Virus record (IMG/VR): IMGVR_UViG_2049941000_000011
Source of the DNA: an uncultured virus (IMG/VR IMGVR_UViG_2049941000_000011)
Taxonomy: Duplodnaviria > Heunggongvirae > Uroviricota > Caudoviricetes
Direction: 5' to 3' (one strand)
Length of the DNA stretch: 64,000 nt
The position numbers and the translations under genes are program-made. The notes below the pieces were generated by a model that saw only the letters and a list, made by a program, of their open reading frames with translations, did not search any database and was not told where the DNA came from. Below are positions 40,990-50,698 of the stretch, in pieces (the first letter of the stretch is position 1; each line of letters starts with the position of its first letter).

Positions 40990-41538
40990 ATGGCAACAAA
41001 GACTAAGAAAAGAACTATTGAGATTCCTAAATTAATGAGTCTCTCAGAGGTAGGAGCAATGTTAAAAAATCTAGAAAACGCTTCTCCTATCTCTAAAATC
41101 GTAGCGCAAGTTACTCTTGGACGATTAATCAATGGCTATGATTCTAAAGAAATTGATTCAGCCACAGGTAAACCAAAACATACACCAGGCCTTAAAGATT
41201 TCTTCAGTGAAATTACAGACGAAATCGTCAATACTTCATATGAAGATATCAAAGCAGGCTTAATTGCAGAAGGTAAACTCTGCGCTGGAGAAGAACCTGT
41301 TATTAAAATCGGTGATGACATAGCAGTCTCACTAGGAACACATACAGGAAGTATCTTTGAAATTGATAGTGATATTAAAGATATTTTACCAGATAGGTAT
41401 AAAAAGCAAATCATTGTCATTAACAAAGAACAAATTAAAGAAGACTATGAAAAAGACTTGCTTCCTACAGCGATGAGAAGTTATTGTTCTAGTCATAAAG
41501 TAACTGTTACAAAGATGACCCAGAGAAAATTAAAATAA
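40990..41538 (+). CDS. hypothetical protein between AAA and VWA genes
   Basis: 182 aa with RBS. Confidence 0.65.
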   Translation: MATKTKKRTIEIPKLMSLSEVGAMLKNLENASPISKIVAQVTLGRLINGYDSKEIDSATGKPKHTPGLKDFFSEITDEIVNTSYEDIKAGLIAEGKLCAGEEPVIKIGDDIAVSLGTHTGSIFEIDSDIKDILPDRYKKQIIVINKEQIKEDYEKDLLPTAMRSYCSSHKVTVTKMTQRKLK

Positions 41539-41575
41539 TCTGGGCCATCTGGTCTTTTTTTAGGAGGAAAATAAT

Positions 41576-43423
41576 ATGTCAAAATCAAAAAGTATTAAAA
41601 CATCGTATGCATTATCTGTTTTGTATACCCGTTGTTTACATCGTGATTTAAAAACTACAAATAGCGTTTTAAACATTCAACCATTTGATATCGGATTAAC
41701 ATTCGATATTAATGGAACCACTTCGTATACTTATATTGCAAAATCAGGTCGTCCGCGTGTCGTGTTATCAGGTGAAAACGTTAAGACAATTGCAAAATTA
41801 CCTGAGAGATTTGATGATAAGAAAACATTCTCTCCTTACTACGATGCGATAGTTAAGGCATTCTGGGGCTTAGATTTACACGAAATGGGACACCAACGCT
41901 ATACAGATATGTACGATAAGACAATTTCTGAATATCCTAATAGTAATTATATTGGTTTCTTACATACATTGTTTAATACATTGGAAGATCCAATCATTGA
42001 AAGAGCAATGTGTGATTATTATGATGAAATGTTCCCAACAATTATTAATCCTAGAGAATATTTTAATTTCATGAAAGAACGTATATTCATGCCACAAGCA
42101 GAAGAATATACATACGCTAAAAACGTTAATAACTTTATGACATATTTACTATTATTAGTTAGATGTGGCAAAAAGAATATTAAAGAAGAAAATGAAATTT
42201 TTGAAAAATATAAAGGAGGATTAATTCCTAGAATTAAAGCAATTTTCCTAGAAACTAGTGGCACAAAACGTATCAAATTGTCTGTTGAATTAGGTGAATG
42301 GATTATTGATAATATTAAGGAATTTGACTGGAAGACAGTTGAGAAACCAGAACATAGTTCTACAGGATTAGGTGGCGGAGGCGGTACTGGTAGACCAATA
42401 GCTACCCCTGGATCATCTGGCGCGGAAGTAGAAGACACTCTTAGTGGATCAGGCTCTAGTTCGAGCGAAGAAAGTGAATCCGAAGATGGTTCAAAAAAGC
42501 GTTCTTTAGGAGATGAAAGCGGTGGAGGCAAACCAGAAGCTGAGAATGTCATTGAAGATCTTCTCTGTGCTGACCACGTATGGCTTACTGTTAAAGACGA
42601 GTACGAAGTTATAGATCCAACTATTATCGATGATATTAATAAGAAAATCGAAGATTACGAAGATCCTATTAAAGCCGTCTCAGATTTCTTAAAATTATTC
42701 CATGGGCGTCATAGACCAAGAAGAACTCCTGGCTTTACAAGCGGTAAACTCAATGTTTTTAGAGCAATGCAGGATGATTTACGCGATGGATGTGATACAA
42801 AAATTTTCTGTCGTGATATTCAAAGAGGAAAAGATGTAGATCTCGCAGTTACACTCGTGGTTGACAATTCTGGCTCAATGCATGGTCAAAAGAGCGAGAT
42901 TGCTACACAAGCGGCGTTAGTATTAGCGCAAGCATGTGAATGGTCAAATATTCCATTTGAATGTTTGTCTTTTACTCAAGACTTCCATGATGAACATTTG
43001 CCAGCAACCTTCATCGAAAAATCCTTTGAAGATAAATTTGAAGATGCAAAGCCATTCTTTGGAATCACTGATTCTAGCTTAAGAGGAAAACTTTATAGCG
43101 ATAATGCAATTGCTCATTGGACTTTCTGCGATAATACAGATGAAGTCAACATCTTCCACATTTGGAAGAGATTAGAAAAAGTCGAGCATAAAAATAAATT
43201 ATTATTCGTTATGAGTGATGGAGAGACCGTTGGTTCTCAAGCTGCATTGCGTAGAATTGTTGAAACAGTAGAAAACAGTGGTATTCCTGTTATCGGAATT
43301 GGTATTTTATCCAATGCTGTTGAACACGCATATAAAGAACGCAAAGTCTTTAAGAGTATGAAAGATTTGCAAGCTAATTTAGCTGATTTCTTGATTGAGA
43401 CATTATCAAGATACGCATCATAA
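41576..43423 (+). CDS. CobT-like VWA domain protein with N-terminal HExxH domain
   Basis: HEMGH..YT, FNTLED..IE, MIDAS DNSGSM, VMSDGE, VIGIGI. Confidence 0.88.
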   Translation: MSKSKSIKTSYALSVLYTRCLHRDLKTTNSVLNIQPFDIGLTFDINGTTSYTYIAKSGRPRVVLSGENVKTIAKLPERFDDKKTFSPYYDAIVKAFWGLDLHEMGHQRYTDMYDKTISEYPNSNYIGFLHTLFNTLEDPIIERAMCDYYDEMFPTIINPREYFNFMKERIFMPQAEEYTYAKNVNNFMTYLLLLVRCGKKNIKEENEIFEKYKGGLIPRIKAIFLETSGTKRIKLSVELGEWIIDNIKEFDWKTVEKPEHSSTGLGGGGGTGRPIATPGSSGAEVEDTLSGSGSSSSEESESEDGSKKRSLGDESGGGKPEAENVIEDLLCADHVWLTVKDEYEVIDPTIIDDINKKIEDYEDPIKAVSDFLKLFHGRHRPRRTPGFTSGKLNVFRAMQDDLRDGCDTKIFCRDIQRGKDVDLAVTLVVDNSGSMHGQKSEIATQAALVLAQACEWSNIPFECLSFTQDFHDEHLPATFIEKSFEDKFEDAKPFFGITDSSLRGKLYSDNAIAHWTFCDNTDEVNIFHIWKRLEKVEHKNKLLFVMSDGETVGSQAALRRIVETVENSGIPVIGIGILSNAVEHAYKERKVFKSMKDLQANLADFLIETLSRYAS

Positions 43424-43436
43424 AAGAGGAATGTGT

Positions 43437-43733
43437 ATGGCAAAATGGTTATTATATACGGGTGTTGTGACGCCCACTTACTGGAAAACTTCGTGCTTAA
43501 CGAAGAGACAAATCCATATTATTGAAGCAGATGATTGGAGAGAGATATATCACCAATCAAAGCTCGAAGAGGGTCAGCGAGTACTTAATGTATGGCCATA
43601 CAAAGATAAGCTTCCTGAGGGATGGCGACGTCTCTCGGGAGCGCTGACTCCGCCAGAAGGCTACTACCTCGCAAACAATGGTCTCAGTAGATGGGATCCA
43701 AAATACGATTTCGCAATCATAAAGGAGGAATAA
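43437..43733 (+). CDS. hypothetical protein
   Basis: LPEGWRRLSGALTPPEGY..ANNG.SRW motif. Confidence 0.65.
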   Translation: MAKWLLYTGVVTPTYWKTSCLTKRQIHIIEADDWREIYHQSKLEEGQRVLNVWPYKDKLPEGWRRLSGALTPPEGYYLANNGLSRWDPKYDFAIIKEE

Positions 43734-43735
43734 AT

Positions 43736-44146
43736 ATGATAAGACATGAAACATTTGATATAGATGGTATCATTTGCGAAGTTAACTACCAAGATTCAGT
43801 ATTTTCAAGAAAAGAGATTGAAAATTTTCTAAGACGTGGTTTAAAAAATCAAGATCGTTGGGAGTTTGACGCACAAACAGAAGCATTTGATGTCTTAAAT
43901 TATGACGACATAATTAGTCATCTCAAAAAACCAAAAAAATTATATACAAAAGTCATGGATTGCACTTCATTTATTAAATTTCAAGAATATTTAGAGGATC
44001 GTCCTTTAACACAAGAAGAAATTATAAATGAGTTGAAGCATCATGGTTTTTATGAAGTTGAACATGTGGGTGGCACTCAATATAAATTAACGGGCACAAA
44101 AGGTCCGTTTAATTTCTTTACAAAATTTTACAGAACGGAGGAATAA
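43736..44146 (+). CDS. hypothetical protein
   Basis: RBS-supported start MIRHE. Confidence 0.6.
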   Translation: MIRHETFDIDGIICEVNYQDSVFSRKEIENFLRRGLKNQDRWEFDAQTEAFDVLNYDDIISHLKKPKKLYTKVMDCTSFIKFQEYLEDRPLTQEEIINELKHHGFYEVEHVGGTQYKLTGTKGPFNFFTKFYRTEE

Positions 44147-44148
44147 AT

Positions 44149-44571
44149 ATGACAAACGAAAAAATTAGAGCAGCGATAGAAGCTTGGACAAAAGATCATC
44201 CTGAAGCTAAAGATAGTCTTCTCTTCACCGATCATTCCTATGATAATTCAATCATGGGGGTGACGGCCGATGGTCATTTCGTATATGACTATGACAAAAT
44301 GGTCGAAGAATATGTAGAAGATGAAAAAGACTATCTACTAGACCAAGAAGAAGACGAAAATGATTTACTTCTAGACGCAGAAGAATGGATTCAGTATAAT
44401 ACACTTAGATCCCTTCCATATGCACATGGTAAGGCCCCTGTCGTTATTAACTATGTTGAAGATAGTTTTGATGATGGGCCATCCGGATGGGTAGAGTTCT
44501 GCTCTGGAGAAGTGGCGCCGAAAATCGCAACCACAATAGAAGAAATCCTAAAGAAATACGGAGGTAAATAA
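44149..44571 (+). CDS. hypothetical phage protein
   Basis: YDNSIMGVT..VYDYDKMVE..AEEWIQYNT.RSLPY. Confidence 0.7.
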   Translation: MTNEKIRAAIEAWTKDHPEAKDSLLFTDHSYDNSIMGVTADGHFVYDYDKMVEEYVEDEKDYLLDQEEDENDLLLDAEEWIQYNTLRSLPYAHGKAPVVINYVEDSFDDGPSGWVEFCSGEVAPKIATTIEEILKKYGGK

Positions 44572-44572
44572 G

Positions 44573-44818
44573 ATGAGAGATTTTGTTTCTATCACATGTA
44601 AAATCAAAGTTCCTGTAGAAGGGACACACAGAATCTATCGTGACCCATACGATGAAATCGAAGAAGATGACGATATGGAAACCGAAACTGCTATATATAC
44701 TCCGACAGAAGAAGATTTACTTGACTTCTATGGGTATATTCCAGAAGACAGCGAATACGAAGACGATGAGGCTTTCGCACAATGGCTCGTTGAAGAAGGA
44801 CGAGTAGCAGCAGATTAG
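44573..44818 (+). CDS. small acidic hypothetical protein
   Basis: 81 aa. Confidence 0.6.
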   Translation: MRDFVSITCKIKVPVEGTHRIYRDPYDEIEEDDDMETETAIYTPTEEDLLDFYGYIPEDSEYEDDEAFAQWLVEEGRVAAD

Positions 44819-44827
44819 GAGGTCAAT

Positions 44828-45256
44828 ATGAACGGGTCGCTATATGAGATTAGGTTTCAGCAACAAGATAAAATTAAACATTGGTTGTATGAAACTAGAG
44901 ATTTGTGGTTAAAGTTGGCGAAAAAGGATGTCGCGGCATTGAAAAAATGTCGTGATGTCCACAGCGTCTATCTTCTTAAGAATAATCGTTACATCGGAGC
45001 CATTAAGAAATATTCAATTATATCGATCCGTTTCTACAAAGACGCGGAAAAGAGTTATGAATATTTATTACATGATGAAACTGGTGTAGATATTCACAAG
45101 AATGATATATATTCATTGATTTTACAAGATAATTCAAGTATATATATCGACCACATTGTTTACTTAGGAGAACTTCCTGAGTATATTACGAAAAACTTGA
45201 TTTTAAAACCAAATAATCAAGCAATCATTACTAACATAAGGAGGAGTAATGTATGA
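44828..45256 (+). CDS. hypothetical protein
   Basis: 142 aa. Confidence 0.6.
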   Translation: MNGSLYEIRFQQQDKIKHWLYETRDLWLKLAKKDVAALKKCRDVHSVYLLKNNRYIGAIKKYSIISIRFYKDAEKSYEYLLHDETGVDIHKNDIYSLILQDNSSIYIDHIVYLGELPEYITKNLILKPNNQAIITNIRRSNV

Positions 45257-45573
45257 AACCAGATGATATTAAAAAAGCTACTCAATTAGAGATAGCAAGA
45301 GAACGCAAAAAATCCGAAAGAGAAAGCGTTATTTCTTTCGCTTTATTTGGACTATGCCTCTTAGCTATCATTGGTTTGATTGTAGCCCCAGATTTGGCGT
45401 TAACAAAAATTGTAGCTATCGCAGCTGCAGCTTTATATGGCATTCATCAATTATTAGATATGTGGGTGCTTCACAAAAGACGTCAATATTTTGATCAAGT
45501 CGAACAATCATTATTAGGTCAGTTAGCACCTTTTATTAAAATAGAAAAAAAGAAAAATGATGAGGAGGAATAA
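45253..45573 (+). CDS. membrane protein
   Basis: two hydrophobic segments. Confidence 0.6.
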   Translation: MKPDDIKKATQLEIARERKKSERESVISFALFGLCLLAIIGLIVAPDLALTKIVAIAAAALYGIHQLLDMWVLHKRRQYFDQVEQSLLGQLAPFIKIEKKKNDEEE

Positions 45574-45576
45574 AAT

Positions 45577-45771
45577 ATGGGTAAGTCTAAAGTCGATGAC
45601 ACACTTGTTATTATGACAGGTGATTTACCTGACCTCTTAGCTAAAGATTTAGGAAGGCCTATAAGAACGCTTAGAGACCTTAAAGAATGTAAAACAAAAG
45701 GCTTTATTCAAGATTGTCCAGGATTCTTAGAAGCTTTATCTAAAGCTATAAAAGAAGAACGTGATGATTAG
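45577..45771 (+). CDS. hypothetical protein
   Basis: 64 aa with RBS. Confidence 0.55.
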   Translation: MGKSKVDDTLVIMTGDLPDLLAKDLGRPIRTLRDLKECKTKGFIQDCPGFLEALSKAIKEERDD

Positions 45772-45782
45772 AGGAAATAATT

Positions 45783-46028
45783 ATGGAAGAAGTTAAAAAA
45801 ACAAAAATAAAACCATGTCCGTTTTGCGGAAGCACAAAATTAGGAATAAGCAAGAAAACTGCAACTGGTGCTTTGGTATGCGGAAGAATTCATAGAGTCT
45901 GTGTATATTGTAAAGATTGCAACACATATGGACCTAGAGCAGTTATTAGAGACCCAGAAGATAGCTGGAGATTTAAAACTACTGAGTTAGAACAAGAAGC
46001 TATCAAAAAATGGAACGAAAGGAAGTGA
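45783..46028 (+). CDS. Lar-like restriction alleviation Zn-finger protein
   Basis: KPCPFCG...VYCKDC...AIKKWNER. Confidence 0.75.
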   Translation: MEEVKKTKIKPCPFCGSTKLGISKKTATGALVCGRIHRVCVYCKDCNTYGPRAVIRDPEDSWRFKTTELEQEAIKKWNERK

Positions 46029-46032
46029 TAAC

Positions 46033-46416
46033 ATGTTTGAATTCGATGGAATAAAATATGAAGGAAGAGTTACTTCAAAAAGAGGCGACAATTACGATGT
46101 GCCAACGGGCAAAGAAGACGTTGCTATTCATAAAGCTGGTCTTTTAGAAGATATCGAAGATGAATTGGAAGTTGAATTTTTAACTATACAAAAACTTCGT
46201 AAAGTAAATCATATCTATGTTAACAGTGATGGGAATATAAGAAGATTATCATATTATAATATTAGAATAGATGACGAAAGTGTTTTTATCAATGGTGATT
46301 TAGATAAAGAAGATTATGTAGAAGAAGATTACATTTTTGAAATTAAAGACAAAGAATATGGTAAGTCTTGGGCATTTACTAAAGAAGAATTGGAGGAGAC
46401 AAGAAAATATGAGTGA
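46033..46416 (+). CDS. hypothetical protein (paralog of 46633)
   Basis: LEDIEDEL...YGKSWAFTKEEL. Confidence 0.65.
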   Translation: MFEFDGIKYEGRVTSKRGDNYDVPTGKEDVAIHKAGLLEDIEDELEVEFLTIQKLRKVNHIYVNSDGNIRRLSYYNIRIDDESVFINGDLDKEDYVEEDYIFEIKDKEYGKSWAFTKEELEETRKYE

Positions 46417-46636
46417 AAGAATAATCAATCATAAATGTCCTATTTGTGGTGGTGAAGAACTATATTTTACAAAAGTTGTTGATGGAACTTGCTATTACGA
46501 ACAAAGTGCCATCTTTTGTAATAGGTGCAAAGCAATCATTACAAGTGAAAATATAGATGGAACAACTGAAAAGGATAAAGAAATACTATTACGACTTATA
46601 AGTGGTGAAAAGAAAGTGGAGGTAGAAGAATTATGA
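46409..46636 (+). CDS. small Zn-ribbon protein
   Basis: CPICGG...CNRCK. Confidence 0.6.
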   Translation: MSERIINHKCPICGGEELYFTKVVDGTCYYEQSAIFCNRCKAIITSENIDGTTEKDKEILLRLISGEKKVEVEEL

Positions 46637-47061
46637 CATTTTCAAAAGATACAAATATGCTCAAAGTAGCAAAAAAAGAATTAAAATATGTCATAAATAA
46701 TCGTTATTTAGGTAATTTGCATCAAGATGTTGATTTAGATATTTTTGAAAATCTTATTAAATATACTGAAAAAATAAAAAAGGAATTAGATGAACGCGAA
46801 AATATTGAGAAAGAACTTAGTGTTGACTCGACCACAATATTTAAAGCATTGAAAAATGGTATTTGGTTAGAAAATATTTACGGCGAAATAATCAATCTTA
46901 AATGCTATTTGATTTATCATCCTAAAGGTTGGATATTGCGTATTGCAGATGGATATGTTCCGCCTAAAGACCACTTGAAAAAATGGTGGCTGTTTGAAGA
47001 ACTAAGTGAAGAACAAAAGAGTCGTATGAATGACATGTTTAAAGATTATAAGGAGGAATAG
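46633..47061 (+). CDS. hypothetical protein (paralog of 46033)
   Basis: ENIEKEL...IFKALKNG...KKWWLFEEL. Confidence 0.6.
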   Translation: MTFSKDTNMLKVAKKELKYVINNRYLGNLHQDVDLDIFENLIKYTEKIKKELDERENIEKELSVDSTTIFKALKNGIWLENIYGEIINLKCYLIYHPKGWILRIADGYVPPKDHLKKWWLFEELSEEQKSRMNDMFKDYKEE

Positions 47062-47065
47062 AGTT

Positions 47066-47484
47066 ATGTCATATAGAACTTATATCAATGGCCACGAATG
47101 GCTCGGAAACAATGAAATGTATGATGAGATTTATGAAGAATTGAAAAGACAAGGATGTCCGTTTGACAAAGAAGGCTGCGTTGGTGGATATAGAAAAATC
47201 CATTTGAAGTCAAAGATTTGAATGGATTAGTTCTTGCTTGTGAAAAAGCATTGATAAGGGTTTGTAGCAGAAACGGCAAGGTTGCTGATTTCAATGACTA
47301 TGTTTTAAAACCTAGATGTAACAGCATGACGATAGGTTTACTCGAATTATCTGACTATGCGAGGATTTTTATCGGTGCTAACTTACTAAAATATATAGGT
47401 GAAGAATTCAAAGATTGGGATTGGCATCCTAAAACAGGATTCAAGTTGATTGGCAATGGCAAATGCCTTTTTGAGGCACATTAA
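47066..47484 (+). pseudogene. gene frameshifted at an A5 run (47194-47198)
   Basis: MSYRTYINGHEWLGNNE... joins ...PFEVKDLNGLVLACEK if one A is added. Confidence 0.55.
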
Positions 47485-47497
47485 AAGGAGGATTATC

Positions 47498-47599
47498 ATG
47501 ACCAAGAAAGAAAAAATTATTAACGCAATTTTGTGGTTTGTGTCCACAACGCTAGGATTCTTTGTAGGGAATCTGTTATTTAAACTTATTTGTGAATAG
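47498..47599 (+). CDS. small membrane peptide (33 aa)
   Basis: RBS aaggagg; MTKKEKIINAILWFVSTTLGFFVGNLLFKLICE*. Confidence 0.55.
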   Translation: MTKKEKIINAILWFVSTTLGFFVGNLLFKLICE

Positions 47600-47611
47600 G
47601 AGGAAAAATTT

Positions 47612-47800
47612 ATGGATAACGAAGAGAAAACATTCAAAGTCTGCATCACAGAAACACTAGAAAAAGTGGTGGAAATCGAAGCTTCAGATGCTAAGGAAGC
47701 CATGCGTAATGTTAGGAATTTATATTACCATGAAGATATCATCTTAATGTCTGAAGACCTCACTAATGTAGATTTTTCTATTATGGAAGGGAGTGATTGA
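47612..47800 (+). CDS. DpnD/PcfM-like protein
   Basis: FKVCITETLEKVVEIEA...YYHEDIIL. Confidence 0.75.
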   Translation: MDNEEKTFKVCITETLEKVVEIEASDAKEAMRNVRNLYYHEDIILMSEDLTNVDFSIMEGSD

Positions 47801-47988
47801 TAATGTTTGAGATGTTTGATTGGTATTATCGAGAAGGCAGAAAGCTCCGTGCGACCGACAATCGTGCTGGGCATAGGCATCATTATAGAAATGAATGCGA
47901 AGGCAACGAGATAAGAAAACAGAACAGAAAGGTGAACAACCGAAAGAAAAACAAATCAGCCCGTAAGGCAAGGAGGAAAAACAGATGA
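47797..47988 (+). CDS. small basic hypothetical protein
   Basis: 63 aa, R/K-rich. Confidence 0.5.
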   Translation: MIMFEMFDWYYREGRKLRATDNRAGHRHHYRNECEGNEIRKQNRKVNNRKKNKSARKARRKNR

Positions 47989-48326
47989 TGGCAAATGAAG
48001 AAGTAAAGACAGCAGTGGAAAGTGCAAAGTGGTGTGCAAACACTATTAGATTAAACAAGAAGATTGGCAATAGAGATATCGCTAATAAAGAAAATGATGG
48101 CTGCTGTTATGCAATAGAGAGATGTTTACAAGTTATTGAGCAAGCCCTTGATGACCGTGATAAGCTACACTGCTTGGTTGCTGAGATGTGCGACTACATC
48201 GGTCTAGATGATTTAGCTCCTTATGATGATTACGATAAAATTATCAAGGCGTTTAGAGAATATGCCGATGAGAATGAAATCCTAAGAGTCGATAAGAATA
48301 CCAGGAAAAAGGATGGAGGTGAATAA
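47985..48326 (+). CDS. hypothetical protein
   Basis: 113 aa. Confidence 0.6.
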   Translation: MMANEEVKTAVESAKWCANTIRLNKKIGNRDIANKENDGCCYAIERCLQVIEQALDDRDKLHCLVAEMCDYIGLDDLAPYDDYDKIIKAFREYADENEILRVDKNTRKKDGGE

Positions 48327-48328
48327 CG

Positions 48329-49072
48329 ATGAGTAAGATTGAAATGTGCACGGATCACACGGGTAAGATGGAAGGGATTAACTCCATCTCTACCAGCACG
48401 GACTTGAATCCGAACTGCAGGTCTAATGCAAAGATACGTGGATCCATATGTGCCAAGTGTTATGCCCACAACATGATTCAGATGTATGCTGGGCTAAGGG
48501 ATCGCTTGCAAAGAAATACCGAGGCGTTGACCAAGGAAGTTCTCCCCGATGAGGATTTGCCTGATACGACTGGGATGGAAATTTTCAGATTCGAAAGTTT
48601 TGGTGATTTGCATAATGAGATCCATCTAACTAATTATATGAATATCGTTAAGAAAAATCCTGGAACCAGATTTACCCTCTGGACAAAAGTATACGATGTC
48701 GCTTATAATTATTTTAGGGATCATGATGTTCCTGAAAACTTTACATTGATCTTGTCATCCCTAATGATCAATAAAAGAATTGATTTATCTAAGTTTAAAG
48801 CACTGGGAAAATTCCAACCTGGGCAGTTGAAGAGTTTCACTGTCTGGGACAAGAAGTTCTTGGATGCTAATCCAGGATTGGTCAATGTGAATTGTGGCAG
48901 CAGGATGTGCAATCTATGCCGCCAGTGCTACAACAAGAACAAGGTCGAAGAGATTAATGAGATTCTTAAGAGTGACCAACACGCCGTTGTGGTGAAAGAG
49001 GCGCTGAAGAGTCCAGAGATGCGCGAGAAAGTAGCCGTGGATTTGGGTGACCTTGAACAGTTATTTTCATAA
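48329..49072 (+). CDS. GP88-like protein (radical-SAM-related, Cys-rich)
   Basis: C...ICAKCYA, FRFESFGD, FTLWTK, CGSRMCNLCRQCY. Confidence 0.75.
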   Translation: MSKIEMCTDHTGKMEGINSISTSTDLNPNCRSNAKIRGSICAKCYAHNMIQMYAGLRDRLQRNTEALTKEVLPDEDLPDTTGMEIFRFESFGDLHNEIHLTNYMNIVKKNPGTRFTLWTKVYDVAYNYFRDHDVPENFTLILSSLMINKRIDLSKFKALGKFQPGQLKSFTVWDKKFLDANPGLVNVNCGSRMCNLCRQCYNKNKVEEINEILKSDQHAVVVKEALKSPEMREKVAVDLGDLEQLFS

Positions 49073-49081
49073 AAGGAGGAA

Positions 49082-49912
49082 ATGGTTATGGAAAATAATC
49101 CAATCGGGAGTTTATTATTAAAAGCTCTCTACATCAAACACACTCGTCACTGGAGTGATATTTACAAAGCAATCCTAGATGGGGAATGCTCAGAACTTCC
49201 TGATGAGAAGGAATTAAGAGAACAAGTGGACAAATTCGAGAAGGATAATGATTGCCAATTGATTTCTATCATGGACAATGAATATCCTGAAGGATTAAAG
49301 AAACTTGAGAAACCACTCTTCGTAGTTGAAATGAAAGTAGATTCAAAATTCCAGGGTCTATTCTTCGCTAAGAAGGGTGAAGATGGTGATGTGAAACCTC
49401 GTAGAACCGAACCTATAGACACCCCTGAATCATTCTTAATGTTCTTGTGTAATAAGAACAGACAGCCAATCACGCTAACAGAAACAGTCACTAAGATTTT
49501 CAATAAAGATGGATTGATGACTGCCCACATCGAGGAAGACACAGTGGGTTGTTGGCTCGTGTTCAATGATGGAGTGGTTGAAGACCTTGTTGATGAAATC
49601 ATGGGACAGGTGAGAATGAAATTCGCCAATGAACGTGACGCCATAACAAGGGCATTCCAAATCTGTAATGGAGTGTTATACATCAAATGCGATTCAATGC
49701 TATACAATTTACGCGGCACAATCGCTGGGACAACAGAGGACTTACGTGGGTCAAGAAGTGGATACGAAAAGCCAACCTTCTTTACTCCAGGTAAAAGCGG
49801 AAGTCTAAACAATCTTCATATCAAGAACCACCAAGGTTTCTTGGTTGACCTCAAGGAAGACTTGATGGATTACTCATTATTTGTCGTAGAAAAAGAAAAG
49901 GAGAAAAAGTAA
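49082..49912 (+). CDS. divergent DprA-like protein
   Basis: N-terminus (IKH..WSDIYKAI...SIMDNEYPEGLK.LEKP.FV) and C-terminus (PGKSGSLNN) align by eye with 57669 DprA; central motifs degenerate. Confidence 0.6.
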   Translation: MVMENNPIGSLLLKALYIKHTRHWSDIYKAILDGECSELPDEKELREQVDKFEKDNDCQLISIMDNEYPEGLKKLEKPLFVVEMKVDSKFQGLFFAKKGEDGDVKPRRTEPIDTPESFLMFLCNKNRQPITLTETVTKIFNKDGLMTAHIEEDTVGCWLVFNDGVVEDLVDEIMGQVRMKFANERDAITRAFQICNGVLYIKCDSMLYNLRGTIAGTTEDLRGSRSGYEKPTFFTPGKSGSLNNLHIKNHQGFLVDLKEDLMDYSLFVVEKEKEKK

Positions 49913-49913
49913 T

Positions 49914-50156
49914 ATGCCAGATGAAGTTGCAGTAAAGAAATTTAAAAAGACAATCACTGTCGATGGTATCGAAGTCGATGTTGATGCATGGACTGAAGAG
50001 GAGCTTGAGGCTGAATGCAAAAGAGCCGAAGCTTATATTAAGAAATATGGGAGTGACGAAGATAAGATGTCCAGTGACTACCCAAGACATGAAGGTGAAG
50101 ACGCCGTCATGGATTTAGCTAGAGAGCTACAAATAAATAATTTCAAATTAATGTAG
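49914..50156 (+). CDS. hypothetical protein
   Basis: 80 aa. Confidence 0.55.
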   Translation: MPDEVAVKKFKKTITVDGIEVDVDAWTEEELEAECKRAEAYIKKYGSDEDKMSSDYPRHEGEDAVMDLARELQINNFKLM

Positions 50157-50164
50157 AAAAAAGC

Positions 50165-50193
50165 TTGCATTCCTGGCAATGTTGGCGTATAAT
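50165..50193 (+). promoter_or_regulatory. sigmaA-type promoter heading the MFKIK-tag gene array
   Basis: TTGCAT-17nt-TATAAT. Confidence 0.7.
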
Positions 50194-50315
50194 AAAACCA
50201 GGAAAAAGGCAAGAAAGATTCTATAACTGGTTGCCGTGTTGGCGACATATTCCTCCAAAAGGGCTCGTGGCAAGTGCTGCGAGTCTTTTCTTTTAGAGGG
50301 GAAAGGAGATTGCGT

Positions 50316-50687
50316 ATGGTGAAAATAAAATTATACAGGTATGAATTATATCGATTCAATAAGCAATATTGCTACGAAAAAATTTATCAAAGCTTTAATT
50401 TGCAAAATGCATTAAAAGAATTAGATAAGATTTTAAGAATAAGAGCAAAGAGTGAAGAGTTTCAGCACTATGAAGATTTCATGGCAAGACTAGAAGACCG
50501 TGTCAGGAGTCATCAGGAAGATTGTCAATTAGATGAATCTTTTCTCACAGACAAAAACTGTTTCTGGAACATTCATAGCGGAACAAATTGGCAGAAACCA
50601 AAAGAACGCCATCACGAAATCGAAACAGGTGTAGATGTCGCAGGAAAACTGACAGGAAGATGGATGCTGAATGTCACCAGGCTCTAG
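50316..50687 (+). CDS. hypothetical protein, MVKIK start
   Basis: RBS gaaaggag. Confidence 0.65.
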   Translation: MVKIKLYRYELYRFNKQYCYEKIYQSFNLQNALKELDKILRIRAKSEEFQHYEDFMARLEDRVRSHQEDCQLDESFLTDKNCFWNIHSGTNWQKPKERHHEIETGVDVAGKLTGRWMLNVTRL

Positions 50688-50698
50688 GAGGTAACCGT

